Source: a virus. From it: a DNA stretch of 40,007 bases. The stretch is from IMG/VR virus record IMGVR_UViG_3300045988_181910. One strand, given 5' to 3'. Shown piece after piece: positions 25,407-33,936 of this stretch. The notes beneath the pieces were generated by a model that did not search any database, was not told the origin of the DNA, and worked only from the letters and a program-made list of their open reading frames with translations. Every line of letters begins with the position of its first letter. Within the stretch, counting starts at the first letter, position 1. The position numbers and the translations under genes were made by a program.

Positions 25407-25888
25407 AGCACTTCACGATGGCCGAGCTCACACGCTCGGCAACGGCCCAGCGGTTGGGCCTCGACAACACACCCTCGGCCGAACACCGCGCGAACATCGA
25501 GATGACCGTGCACGAACTGCTCGACCCGCTGCGTGAAGCATGGGCCGTGAAATGCGCCAACAATTCCGGTTGGGGTACCCCTGCGCTCCGCGTATCGTCC
25601 GGATACCGCGGCTTCCGGCTCAACCGGGCCGTCGGCGGGTCGGAAACCTCGGCACATTGCGTGGGCTTTGCGTTCGACCTGGTGCCTCTGAACGGCCGGC
25701 TGAAGGAGTTTCGCGACTGCTGTGTGGAGTTCCTGCGGGGACGCGATTTCGATCAGTTGATTTCCGAAGACGAGGATGCAGCGGGCGTGCCTGCCTGGAT
25801 TCACGTCGGATATAAGAACCAGAAGGGCGGCCAGCGCCGGCAACTTCTCTCGATGCGGGCCGGACGCTATACACCCATGACTGCATGA
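25403..25888 (+). CDS. endolysin, peptidase M15 (L-Ala-D-Glu / D-Ala-D-Ala peptidase-like)
   Basis: FTMAELTRSATAQRLGLDNTP..VSSGYRGFRLNRAVGGSETSAHCVGFAFD is characteristic of the M15 family. Confidence 0.85.
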   Translation: MKHFTMAELTRSATAQRLGLDNTPSAEHRANIEMTVHELLDPLREAWAVKCANNSGWGTPALRVSSGYRGFRLNRAVGGSETSAHCVGFAFDLVPLNGRLKEFRDCCVEFLRGRDFDQLISEDEDAAGVPAWIHVGYKNQKGGQRRQLLSMRAGRYTPMTA

Positions 25889-26424
25889 AGACCATTCGAG
25901 ACATACTGATTATCGCGCTGATCGGAGCAGCTCTCGCCGGTGCCTACTGGATGGGCCGCCGGTCCGTGGCGGTCGAAACGGTCGAGACGGTACGAATCGA
26001 TACCGTGTTTTACGAGAAGCCGGCGCCCGTGACGGTCAGCAGGCGCTCAATAGCCATCAACGTGCCCCGCGTGCTCTTTGCGCCGGCCGCATCAACCGGA
26101 TCGGCCGGATCAACCGGATCGACCGAATCAACCGGATCGGCACCGGTGGCTCCTCAGAAGGACAGCGTGCGAATGGAGCTGGAATTTCAAACCGTGGAAT
26201 ACGCCGACAGCACCTACCGGGCGCAAGTCAGCGGACCGGCTATCGGCGAGTATGGCCCAAGGCTCGATTGGTGCGAGACTTACGACCGAACAACGCTGCG
26301 GCAGCAAATGCAAAAGGACCGAAAACGCTTCGCCCTGACCGTCGGAATAGGGGCGGCCTATACACCGAAAGGCATTAACCCCACTATAGGAATACAGTTG
26401 GGAATTGTTTTGTGGCGGTTTTAG
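25885..26424 (+). CDS. membrane-anchored lysis accessory (spanin-like) protein with an STGS repeat linker
   Basis: The N-terminal TM is ILIIALIGAALAGAYW, and the C-terminus is hydrophobic. It lies after the endolysin. Confidence 0.6.
   Translation: MKTIRDILIIALIGAALAGAYWMGRRSVAVETVETVRIDTVFYEKPAPVTVSRRSIAINVPRVLFAPAASTGSAGSTGSTESTGSAPVAPQKDSVRMELEFQTVEYADSTYRAQVSGPAIGEYGPRLDWCETYDRTTLRQQMQKDRKRFALTVGIGAAYTPKGINPTIGIQLGIVLWRF
26092..26145. repeat. 3 x 18-nt imperfect tandem coding repeat (tcaaccggatcgRccgRa)
   Basis: Read directly. It encodes STGSAGSTGSTESTGS. Confidence 0.85.
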
Positions 26425-27641
26425 TAATCAAGTAGAATTTGGGCATTTTTTTCGCGTTCCTCTCGTTCGAAAGACGCGAGGTAGTTTTCGGTCGTTTTCA
26501 TATCCTGATGGCCCAGGCTCTCGGATATGTAGGCTATGTTCGCCCCGGCACGTTTAAGCACCGTAGCGAATGAATGACGGGCAGTATAAGTGGTCACCCG
26601 TTCGATCCCCAATGCTTCGGCAATTTTTTTCATCCAACGATTGATAGCGCCGGCTGTCCTAATAGCCTTCTTCTTTACCTCAAGCTCGGTTTCTTTTCCG
26701 CTCAGAATTGGAAAAATATAATTATTGGGATCCGTAGGATTGCCCCATTTGTCAATTATTGCCTGCATTGGAGGCGTTATTGTTGCACAGATTTCTTTTT
26801 GTTCTCGAGCCGTAAAAGCAGTTTTTTGTCGAATAAAATATATTTCGTTGTCCTGTATATTACTGTATTTCAATTTAATAAAATCAGCTACGTTAATTCC
26901 ATTGCATAAATAGAGGAAAAACCAGTAGTCCCTGTATTTTGTCTGATCGTCGCTCGTCGTTTCATACCTCGCAATTTTTCCAATTTGCTCCACCGTAAGA
27001 GCCATTTTCCTACCTACACCACTTTGTATTTCATATTTTCCCCGACCAAAAGGATATTGAGATTCCTTCATTATCCCTGCTCTACGAGCGTCGTTGATTA
27101 TAGCTCTTAGATGCCTCAAGTGAATACTAATGGTTGTCTGACTCTTACCTTCCTTTCTCAAAAACTGTTCATAACGGTAAACCCAATCTTTGCTGATATC
27201 AACAAACTGTATATTTTTACCGGAAAAGCGCTCAAGACCTTTAAGCACAACGCCATATACCCACATTGTACCAATCTTATTCTTCGATTGCAAATCATCA
27301 ATCTTTTCCTTAAAAAGCGCATTGATTGTTTTCTTATTTGAAAACCGCAATATGCAATTTAAGTTGTGGAACGAAAAGTCCCCCTTAGAAGCAAGTTCTT
27401 CAACGTTTTTGCGAATCAATGAATAGCTGTTCTCAATATCCTTGCGAATCTCACTAAGATGCCTTATTTTTGTAGTAGCCAAAGATTCCCATTCTTCCTT
27501 AGATAGGCTCTTTCCGGTAGTGAAATATTGGCGTCTCCGATGAAATGTGACACGTATTCGCACAGGAAAAGAGCCGTCTTTCTTAGGATGGACAGTATCC
27601 AAAATAGGGGCAACAGTAATGCCGTCTTTAGCGTAATTCAT
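26421..27641 (-). CDS. int: tyrosine recombinase / integrase (Bacteroidota phage-integrase type with an N-terminal arm-binding domain)
   Basis: The catalytic C-terminus is ..YTARHSFATVLKRAGANIAYISESLGHQDMKTTENYLASF. The N-terminus is ..HPKKDGSFPVRIRVTFHRRRQYF.. Start at ATG 27641. Confidence 0.92.
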   Translation of the reverse strand: MNYAKDGITVAPILDTVHPKKDGSFPVRIRVTFHRRRQYFTTGKSLSKEEWESLATTKIRHLSEIRKDIENSYSLIRKNVEELASKGDFSFHNLNCILRFSNKKTINALFKEKIDDLQSKNKIGTMWVYGVVLKGLERFSGKNIQFVDISKDWVYRYEQFLRKEGKSQTTISIHLRHLRAIINDARRAGIMKESQYPFGRGKYEIQSGVGRKMALTVEQIGKIARYETTSDDQTKYRDYWFFLYLCNGINVADFIKLKYSNIQDNEIYFIRQKTAFTAREQKEICATITPPMQAIIDKWGNPTDPNNYIFPILSGKETELEVKKKAIRTAGAINRWMKKIAEALGIERVTTYTARHSFATVLKRAGANIAYISESLGHQDMKTTENYLASFEREEREKNAQILLDY

Positions 27642-27927
27642 ACACACATTTTATACACAAATATACAGATTTATTTTAATTACATCAAAACTGTAAAAGA
27701 TAATACTTGTGGCGCACCATGGATTATCAAATATTTATGAGTTTAATAAAAACTAATATAAGATATAACAAGTAAAATATTACGCTCGTTCGTCCTTGTT
27801 TAAATGGTTTTATTCTCAGCTATAAAACTCTAATATATAGTTATTTATATTGATGTAGATAGCTAATTGATTTTTATAAATGCACACAATTTATACACAT
27901 CACATCTTTTTCAATATTAAAGATCGT
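27642..27927. promoter_or_regulatory. AT-rich int-proximal spacer: candidate attP plus int promoter
   Basis: The 17-nt direct repeats CACACAWTTTATACACA lie at 27643-27659 and 27883-27899. A minus-strand TATATTTG box is at 27658-27665. A GC island TGTGGCGCACCA lies near 27708-27719. Confidence 0.45.
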
Positions 27928-28494
27928 TCAATCCAAATCGAGAATATCGTACAATCGCTCTTTCGTTTGCTCAAAAAGAGGTTGAGGCAATTCCTGCTCA
28001 AGGTCTTTGAGCAGCTCCTTGAGTTGATGCTCTCGTTTCAATTTTTTTGAGGTCGGACAATCATTTTTGACATCTATCATACATTCGCATTTTTGGTGGT
28101 TACAACAAATAAATTCATGTATTTCTTTCCATAGGCATGAATTTATGTCGCCAACCAAATAAGCCACATCTTCACCACCGATCGGGTATTGCATTGCGTC
28201 CAGAATATGATCGGTAAGATGTCGCAATTCGTGTTCAAAGGAATTGAGGAACTGCGCAGGGGAGGAGGTCAGTGCCACGACCATCACCGATTCGTGTGCT
28301 CGCTTGTTGGAATAGGTCACACCGGTGTTGAGCTCGCAGCGCTCCATCGCACGCCGGGCGCGGGCGACCGTTTCGGGCGGGCAGGCTATTTCGACCAGCG
28401 ACTTGCATATACGGTCGGTGTAGTAGCATGTAGAAGCCAAATAGTACTTCACATGCCACTTGCACCGTCCGATATACAGGTCTCCGACTTTCAT
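27928..28494 (-). CDS. putative zinc metallopeptidase-like protein (HExxH) with a Cys-rich C-terminus
   Basis: FEHELRHLTDH contains the HExxH motif. The Cys-rich stretch is ..CCNHQKCECMIDVKNDC.. Confidence 0.55.
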   Translation of the reverse strand: MKVGDLYIGRCKWHVKYYLASTCYYTDRICKSLVEIACPPETVARARRAMERCELNTGVTYSNKRAHESVMVVALTSSPAQFLNSFEHELRHLTDHILDAMQYPIGGEDVAYLVGDINSCLWKEIHEFICCNHQKCECMIDVKNDCPTSKKLKREHQLKELLKDLEQELPQPLFEQTKERLYDILDLD

Positions 28495-28688
28495 GCCTCC
28501 TCCTGCACGTTTCGGCGCTTACAACGCGCCCAATTTTGCGACAACCTGCGCCGGGCGGCCCGATTGACCTTCTTGTTCATCAGCGCGTCCTCAATGTATG
28601 CGTCCAGTTTGTCGTACTCCTCGTCCGTGAGCTGTCGAATGACGCTTTTATTCGTTCGCAATCGTCTCATTTTCATCGTTTGTCTCAA
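28491..28688 (-). CDS. small basic hypothetical protein; start ambiguous (28688, 28676 or 28670)
   Basis: ATGA overlap with the downstream gene. Confidence 0.5.
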   Translation of the reverse strand: MRQTMKMRRLRTNKSVIRQLTDEEYDKLDAYIEDALMNKKVNRAARRRLSQNWARCKRRNVQEEA

Positions 28689-28839
28689 AACCGTCTCCGG
28701 AAATTAATAAACAGAGAAACGCAAATATCCACACACTGTTATCGACTTGTATCGTGTTCGCACGCCCGATATCCTGCGGTGTTTCGGCTTCATGCGCCCA
28801 CATCGCATAGCGCTTCTCCATGTTCTCAACAGATGTCAT
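28648..28839 (-). CDS. small hypothetical protein (63 aa); overlaps the next ORF by about 40 nt
   Basis: Supported by the ORF track only. The overlap lowers confidence. Confidence 0.35.
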   Translation of the reverse strand: MTSVENMEKRYAMWAHEAETPQDIGRANTIQVDNSVWIFAFLCLLISGDGFETNDENETIANE

Positions 28840-29083
28840 GCTCTGCCGCGATATGGGGTTTAGTCTCAGACGAATTGGATAAAACGCGCGACATGAGTTC
28901 CGCGGGATCGACAGACTTTACGTATTCAGGCAGCAAAACATCCCCTTTGAGGTAATCCACCACCTTACGGGTTCCTTCGATCAGTTCGTCCACTGAGAAA
29001 GTCTCGTTGCTCTTTGCCAGAGCAAAACCCACCTGTTGAATTGCGAATTGGCGCAAATCGAATAATGATTTGATTTCAAGCAT
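28826..29083 (-). CDS. small hypothetical protein
   Basis: ORF 28826..29119 trimmed to ATG 29083. Confidence 0.5.
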   Translation of the reverse strand: MLEIKSLFDLRQFAIQQVGFALAKSNETFSVDELIEGTRKVVDYLKGDVLLPEYVKSVDPAELMSRVLSNSSETKPHIAAEHDIC

Positions 29084-29100
29084 AATAGTTTTTTTTAAAG

Positions 29101-29508
29101 TTACATCATATCTTCCCATATAATCGGCAAGCCCAATGCCTCCGTGTCGGCATAATATCGCGTGAACGGCAGACCCTTGTATCCGTCTGGATCGTCAAGG
29201 TAGTCTTTGACAAAGAGGGCTACATGCTGCTCGTCCTGCACGGAGGAGCCCAGGTAATCCGACTTGCACATATTCGCCGCGAAACAGGCGTCGTAGGCGT
29301 AGTCGTTCTTGAGTTCGATGCCGTATGTCTTGAGCAATTGATCGGTTTGCTCTTTCGTATAAGGCTCAATCTTCTGCTTCTTGCCGTCCTTTGTCTTATA
29401 CATTCTCGATACGGCGAACTCGCACATCTTTTTGGAAAAATGCCACTGGTAATGGCTCAAATACTTATCCATGCCCGGTGGCAGCTTTTCATAAACGTCC
29501 ATTCTCAT
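29101..29508 (-). CDS. hypothetical protein (135 aa)
   Basis: A clean ORF with good coding appearance. Confidence 0.7.
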   Translation of the reverse strand: MRMDVYEKLPPGMDKYLSHYQWHFSKKMCEFAVSRMYKTKDGKKQKIEPYTKEQTDQLLKTYGIELKNDYAYDACFAANMCKSDYLGSSVQDEQHVALFVKDYLDDPDGYKGLPFTRYYADTEALGLPIIWEDMM

Positions 29509-29514
29509 AATTTG

Positions 29515-29545
29515 AAAGTTTAAAAGAGAGGGGATTGCTCCCCTC
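29515..29545 (-). terminator. intrinsic terminator closing the GC-rich cassette
   Basis: The minus strand reads GAGGGGA gcaa TCCCCTC followed by TCTTTTAAACTTT. Confidence 0.7.
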
Positions 29546-29556
29546 CCTTCGGTTAC

Positions 29557-29871
29557 TTAACGTCTGCGACGATAATAGCGGGAATAGGGACCGGTGCCCT
29601 TCACGCCACGGCGTTCGCCGTATTCGTATTCCTCCTCCTCGTCGTCCATGTAGTACATGCCGTCCCGCTGTCCGTAGCTGCCGCCTCCGCGACCCGATCC
29701 CGAACCGGAACCGGAACCCGAGCCATAGCCGCCGCGCTCGCCGTAGCCGTAATGTTCCTCCATGCGCTCGCGCTCCTCGCGCCGCCCTTCACGATAGGCT
29801 TTCTCGAGCTCTCGCTCGAAATCCTCGTCGCCATACATGGCGCGTCCATTGATTATTGCTCTCAAACTCAT
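29557..29871 (-). CDS. low-complexity Gly/Tyr/Arg/Glu-rich protein (RGG / GS-repeat, probably disordered)
   Basis: ..GYGERGGYGSGSGSGSGSGRGGGSYGQRDGMYYMDDEEEEYEYGERRG..SRYYRRRR. Confidence 0.6.
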   Translation of the reverse strand: MSLRAIINGRAMYGDEDFERELEKAYREGRREERERMEEHYGYGERGGYGSGSGSGSGSGRGGGSYGQRDGMYYMDDEEEEYEYGERRGVKGTGPYSRYYRRRR

Positions 29872-29876
29872 ACTTT

Positions 29877-30413
29877 TTACTTGTTTTTTGTAGATGCCTG
29901 TTTCTCTGCCGCAAGGGGTTTCGATTCGTCTTTGGGGACGTTCGTGTCGATCTTCGAGGCAATAGCGCTCAGTTGCGAAGTGAGCCCTTTGACCATTTCG
30001 CTCAACCGCTGAATCTCGTTGTCGCGCTCTATTGCGGCAGCGTACACCGGATCGAACTCGCGCAGTATTTGCTCATACCGTTCGATATTCTTCTTGTGCT
30101 GCTCGTAGGAGTTCACGACCTGGATGCTGTCCTGCTTCGCGGCGTTGATCTGCGAAACAATATCCTCGCGCTCCATTGCGATAGTCAGCCCCTCTTTGGA
30201 TGCCCACTTCATGTTGTTGGGAACCTCCCACGTATCGTTATTCTCGGTCGTAATCCGAACAAATAACTGCGGGGGCATGAAGTTGGGCTGTGCCGGGTTG
30301 ATGGGTCGTGTAAAGGGCTGGGAAATATCTTTGACCACCGTTCTGTAACACCGTGGGGTTTCGCGCGTGTCGAGCACGAAAACCGATGATCCTTTTGTCA
30401 AATTTGCAAACAT
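29877..30413 (-). CDS. hypothetical protein with a C-terminal coiled coil
   Basis: A 178-aa ORF within the cassette. Confidence 0.7.
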   Translation of the reverse strand: MFANLTKGSSVFVLDTRETPRCYRTVVKDISQPFTRPINPAQPNFMPPQLFVRITTENNDTWEVPNNMKWASKEGLTIAMEREDIVSQINAAKQDSIQVVNSYEQHKKNIERYEQILREFDPVYAAAIERDNEIQRLSEMVKGLTSQLSAIASKIDTNVPKDESKPLAAEKQASTKNK

Positions 30414-30473
30414 CTGTTGTGATTTTTTTGAAAGGCCGGGAAGAAGGTGCGTCCTCCTTCCCGCCCTTCTGTT

Positions 30474-31061
30474 TTACTTTAATTTCACTGCCTGAGCTTC
30501 CGTATTGCCTGCGGGCGTGCTGGCTGCACGCGCCGGACTGTTCTGAGCCGTTACCCCCATCAGGCGGAAGATACCCGCCGACTTATTGATATAGACCCAA
30601 TGTTCGGTGGTGTAGCCTACCTGCTGCTGGTCGCCGCTCGAACCGCTGCCCGTAGGAACGGTTACGTCATGGCCCTGCACCTGCGTGCCCTTGTTGTCGA
30701 TGACGGCCATCTTAGCGCCATTGGTGGTGCCTGCGATGGTCGAATCCGACGCTCCGACGGGAACGACTATCGTGACCGGAAGGCCGGCGCCGTTCTGAGA
30801 GACCGGCTGACGGACTTTCCACACCACTACGCACTCGCACGGCAGGGCGTTCCATGCCCGCCTGCTCACGCCATAATCGGCCGTAGATTCCGTCTCCAGG
30901 TTCTCTACCAAGCCCGTAGTACAGAGCTCGTAGATTCCGCGCTGGTCGAGGGTTCGCACATTGCGCCGACGTACCGGGAAGGGTCTGAGAGGCACAAAGG
31001 GACCGGCCACGGGGAAGCCGAGGAAATCATACCTGCTTAAATTGCCAAAAAAAGGTTCCAT
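30474..31061 (-). CDS. hypothetical beta-rich protein
   Basis: ATG 31061 is preceded by AAAGGAGGTGACT, a strong SD-like site that is unusual in this genome. The upstream stop is at 31076-31078. Confidence 0.7.
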   Translation of the reverse strand: MEPFFGNLSRYDFLGFPVAGPFVPLRPFPVRRRNVRTLDQRGIYELCTTGLVENLETESTADYGVSRRAWNALPCECVVVWKVRQPVSQNGAGLPVTIVVPVGASDSTIAGTTNGAKMAVIDNKGTQVQGHDVTVPTGSGSSGDQQQVGYTTEHWVYINKSAGIFRLMGVTAQNSPARAASTPAGNTEAQAVKLK

Positions 31062-31075
31062 AGTCACCTCCTTTG

Positions 31076-32029
31076 TTAGCATCCGCAGTTTGCATAAGGA
31101 CCTCCCTCAGCCGCATAGGTACCGGCGGCAGCCCCGAAAGCGGCGGCGCGGTAGCACTCAGGATTGAACACTGAGAGCTGCGGATAAGGTACCGAGACGG
31201 TGTTCGGCAACTTGCACTTGATGCCGTCCACGTCGCCCTGCAGTGAATTCAGGCGGCTTACAATGGGCGCGGTGGCCGCATTGATCGTGGCGTTGAAGTA
31301 GGCATTCTGGTGCTCCTGCGAAAGCTGACCCTTGAGGGCGTTGTTCTCGGCGAGCAGGTTGTTGAGCTTGTCCTGCTGGTAGCGGCTCTCGAAAGCGTCC
31401 ACCTTCGCCAAGATAGCCTGCGTGTTGGCAAGGTTGGCGTCACGAAGTTGCAGGGTGTTCCCGTTCATCGTGTTGGTGAGCATATTCATGTTCTGGCAGT
31501 TCTGGAGCCGGATGTCGGCGCCCTGACGCTCGATAGCCGTGCGCATGTCGCAGCAGCATTGTGCGATCTGGTTGCCGATCTGACAGCCCATAGACTGAAT
31601 GGCGTTGATCGTCTGCTGACCGGTAAGACCGAGTTGGCTCTGAATGTTGCACAGCGTCGATTGGAGCTGCTGTGTCGAGCATCCGATAGACGAGGCGAGC
31701 TGGTTGATCGCCGTGCCGTTGCCCTGAATGGCGTTCATCAGCAGTTCGCGTCCTGCGTCGCCGTTAAGCTGTGCCGGAAGGCCACCGCCGACGCCGTTGT
31801 TGCCGAAGCCGAAGCCGTTGCCGCCCCAGCAGAAGAACAGCAGGATAATCCAAATCCACCAGCAGCCGTCGCCGCCCCACGAGCCGCGATTATTGTTGCC
31901 GTTCATCAGGGCCGCGATAAGGTTGGGGTCCATGCCTTTGTTGCCCATCATCGAAGAGACGAGGGCCGCAATGTCGAGACCTCCGCCCGATGTGGCGCCG
32001 TCGAAAATATAAGTTTTGTCTGCACCCAT
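31076..32029 (-). CDS. membrane protein: Gly/Asn-rich N-terminus, Trp/Cys-rich TM (CWWIWIILLFFCWGG), Gln/Asn/Cys-rich coiled coil
   Basis: ORF 31076..32116 trimmed to ATG 32029 (MGADKTYIFDG...). I recognise no family. Confidence 0.7.
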   Translation of the reverse strand: MGADKTYIFDGATSGGGLDIAALVSSMMGNKGMDPNLIAALMNGNNNRGSWGGDGCWWIWIILLFFCWGGNGFGFGNNGVGGGLPAQLNGDAGRELLMNAIQGNGTAINQLASSIGCSTQQLQSTLCNIQSQLGLTGQQTINAIQSMGCQIGNQIAQCCCDMRTAIERQGADIRLQNCQNMNMLTNTMNGNTLQLRDANLANTQAILAKVDAFESRYQQDKLNNLLAENNALKGQLSQEHQNAYFNATINAATAPIVSRLNSLQGDVDGIKCKLPNTVSVPYPQLSVFNPECYRAAAFGAAAGTYAAEGGPYANCGC

Positions 32030-32053
32030 AATTAGAGTTGATTTACATTGTAT

Positions 32054-32074
32054 CCCCTCGCTTGCGGGGAGGGG
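32054..32074 (-). promoter_or_regulatory. leader hairpin of the cassette (CCCCTC / GAGGGG arms)
   Basis: On the plus strand CCCCTC (32054-32059) pairs with GAGGGG (32069-32074). The same arm sequence is used by the terminator at 29528-29545. Confidence 0.5.
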
Positions 32075-32091
32075 GATTCCGGTACGTACAG

Positions 32092-32130
32092 GTGCAAAAC
32101 TAAAAGGCCGCGGCACAGGGTGCCACGACC
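32092..32130 (-). terminator. strong intrinsic terminator upstream of the cassette
   Basis: The minus strand reads GGTCGTGGCAC cct GTGCCGCGGCC (11 bp including G-U pairs), then TTTTAGTTTTG. The tract also resembles a -7 box (TAGTTTTG), but there is no -33 element. Confidence 0.75.
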
Positions 32131-32183
32131 TTACATAATAAAGTAAATCAATTGATATACTTTATTTTATGGAATAAATAATA

Positions 32184-32429
32184 TTACACTTCTTTATTTT
32201 TGATTCGCTGCACATCCGACCATCGTATCATCTTGCGGCTCCGTGTCGGCTGGATCCTCGATCGATGTATCTTTACGCACAAAGCCTCTTTTGACTTGCC
32301 GCATTCGGCCGCAGCTTGGTCATAATCCATAAGGGGATCGCATAATGCTATCAGTATCCGCTGCATACGTTGCAGATCTTCTAAGGAGATATTATTAAAT
32401 GCTGATGTTATATGTTCTTCTTCGCTCAT
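32184..32429 (-). CDS. small HTH-like protein (81 aa)
   Basis: The trimmed start is MSEEEHITS. ..DYDQAAAECGKSKEALCVKIHRSRI.. resembles an HTH. Confidence 0.5.
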   Translation of the reverse strand: MSEEEHITSAFNNISLEDLQRMQRILIALCDPLMDYDQAAAECGKSKEALCVKIHRSRIQPTRSRKMIRWSDVQRIKNKEV

Positions 32430-32484
32430 GAAAGAATAGTTGTTTTGCAAAATACCGATCGGCCGGCACAATATCCAAATGAAA

Positions 32485-32736
32485 TTAGAAAAGAGGCAAC
32501 TCCGAATTATTTATATCCGCCCGTTTTCGGGAGCGACGTCTCCATACCGGTGGTATCACTTCTGTTATCGTTTTGGTCATCGGCCGTGCAACTCGAACAT
32601 ATGCGGACCTTCTTGCGTATTTAACACCAAGCCATCTGTTCATGGCTTTGAATAAAGCTGCCAACTGTTTGCGGTCAAAATCTACATAAATAATAGACTC
32701 ATCCCTCACACCTCCCCTACGCTTATTCGTGGTCAT
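32485..32736 (-). CDS. small basic hypothetical protein
   Basis: ORF track only. Confidence 0.5.
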   Translation of the reverse strand: MTTNKRRGGVRDESIIYVDFDRKQLAALFKAMNRWLGVKYARRSAYVRVARPMTKTITEVIPPVWRRRSRKRADINNSELPLF

Positions 32737-32767
32737 TATTTTTAGATTTAAGCAAATGCCGAGGCTT

Positions 32768-32941
32768 CTATTCCTCTTCCTCCAACACTTCCCCGGTATG
32801 TTCCCGACAAAATCCTATGCTGCGGATGCAGGGGCCGGTGTCGTCCTCGAATACCACCACGGCTACATCATCCTCGGTTTTGCATCCCAAAAGTTTGCAG
32901 CCCAAAGGTATAACCAAGCGGATTTCATAATGTTTATTCAT
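32768..32941 (-). CDS. small hypothetical protein (57 aa)
   Basis: Trimmed to MNKHYEIRL, which overlaps the upstream stop. Confidence 0.45.
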   Translation of the reverse strand: MNKHYEIRLVIPLGCKLLGCKTEDDVAVVVFEDDTGPCIRSIGFCREHTGEVLEEEE

Positions 32942-33407
32942 CCCTATCATTTCTGAACGCGGCCACAGGCCGCACGGAGTACGTGCCATACTTGCTGCTG
33001 TTGCCCACGCTGCCCGTGAGGCCGCCGTAGATGAACGCGATGCTGGAATTGCACTCCGGGTCGTGGTCGGCTTCGCTCGTCCAGCGCCAGCCGTCGTTCA
33101 TAGGCTGACCGCCAATCTTTGCGAGGGCTTCGTCCAGTCCGCGGAACCGGGCGTCGTACATTTCGATTGCTTCGTGCCGGGTCGGGCAACGGAATCCCTC
33201 GCGGTAGTCGGCGGCGGCTTTCTGTGCCTCCTCGAAATTGAACTCGCCCGGCAGGTCGTCTTTGGCGATTTCGAGTGCTCCAAAGTCGGTTACCAGTACG
33301 ACGGTCTGTGCGATCGTCGGATCAGGCTGCTGCATCCATGCGTCGAGCCTGTGAAGCTCTCGGTTGCTGTCAAGGATGTAAATTCCGTTGTTGATGGTCG
33401 TTTTCAT
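32934..33407 (-). CDS. DUF1566-like (Lcl C-terminal-like) protein
   Basis: ..FRCPTRHEAIEMYDA..GWRWTSEADHD..SVRPVAAF pattern; recognition by eye only. Confidence 0.6.
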   Translation of the reverse strand: MKTTINNGIYILDSNRELHRLDAWMQQPDPTIAQTVVLVTDFGALEIAKDDLPGEFNFEEAQKAAADYREGFRCPTRHEAIEMYDARFRGLDEALAKIGGQPMNDGWRWTSEADHDPECNSSIAFIYGGLTGSVGNSSKYGTYSVRPVAAFRNDRDE

Positions 33408-33411
33408 AATC

Positions 33412-33936
33412 TCAGTATTTTATAGTAATTTTATACGGGTTTTCATTCAATTCGCTCACATCGATTGCAAGACCTTTCCCAATTAGGTCACGATAATCAA
33501 ACATCCATTCGGCAAGTTTGTCAAAAGCATACAAATTCATAATCAGGCTTTCAACTGATTGTGTTTCTTCGTCTATTCGGTCGTACCACACACCAAACGA
33601 TTGCGCCGCTTGATGCCATCCGAATGTGTAGCCCTGTGCATCATCGGCATAGTGGGTTTCAAAGCCATATTGGATTTCACCGTCGATTTCGTATTTTTTC
33701 AGGTTATCGAATCCGAGTAATTTACCTATTTCAACCATCGGCACGAATTTCTTACCCCTATGGATAATTTCTTTGGTAAGGTCAAACATCGGACGGAGGA
33801 CTGGTTTGTAATTACACAATTGCACCCCTTGCCGGGCTACAAATTGCATATCGATTCGGCAAATATGTCCTTCCTGATACCCAATAAGGCCGTATGGAAG
33901 ATAACCTACTATATCTTTTAGTTCAGTTGCTTTCAT
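33412..33936 (-). CDS. hypothetical protein
   Basis: ORF 33412..33981 trimmed to MKATELK. Confidence 0.65.
   Translation of the reverse strand: MKATELKDIVGYLPYGLIGYQEGHICRIDMQFVARQGVQLCNYKPVLRPMFDLTKEIIHRGKKFVPMVEIGKLLGFDNLKKYEIDGEIQYGFETHYADDAQGYTFGWHQAAQSFGVWYDRIDEETQSVESLIMNLYAFDKLAEWMFDYRDLIGKGLAIDVSELNENPYKITIKY

Noticed and set aside
31310-32035. A long antisense ORF (241 aa) opposite the membrane-protein gene. Similar antisense or alternative-frame ORFs occur at 25298..25843, 37088..37744, 15323..16069, 15973..16563, 12575..13111, 13428..13961 and 10510..11007.
   Set aside because: These are typical shadow ORFs of GC-rich coding regions. They overlap genes that have clear family motifs or operon coupling, and their translations are Arg/Ala/Gly-rich with low complexity.
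32095-32102. TAGTTTTG as a dedicated promoter for the GC-rich cassette
   Set aside because: It matches the -7 consensus, but it is simply the U-tract of the upstream terminator, and no TTTG -33 element lies at 19-21 nt. It is kept only as a remark.
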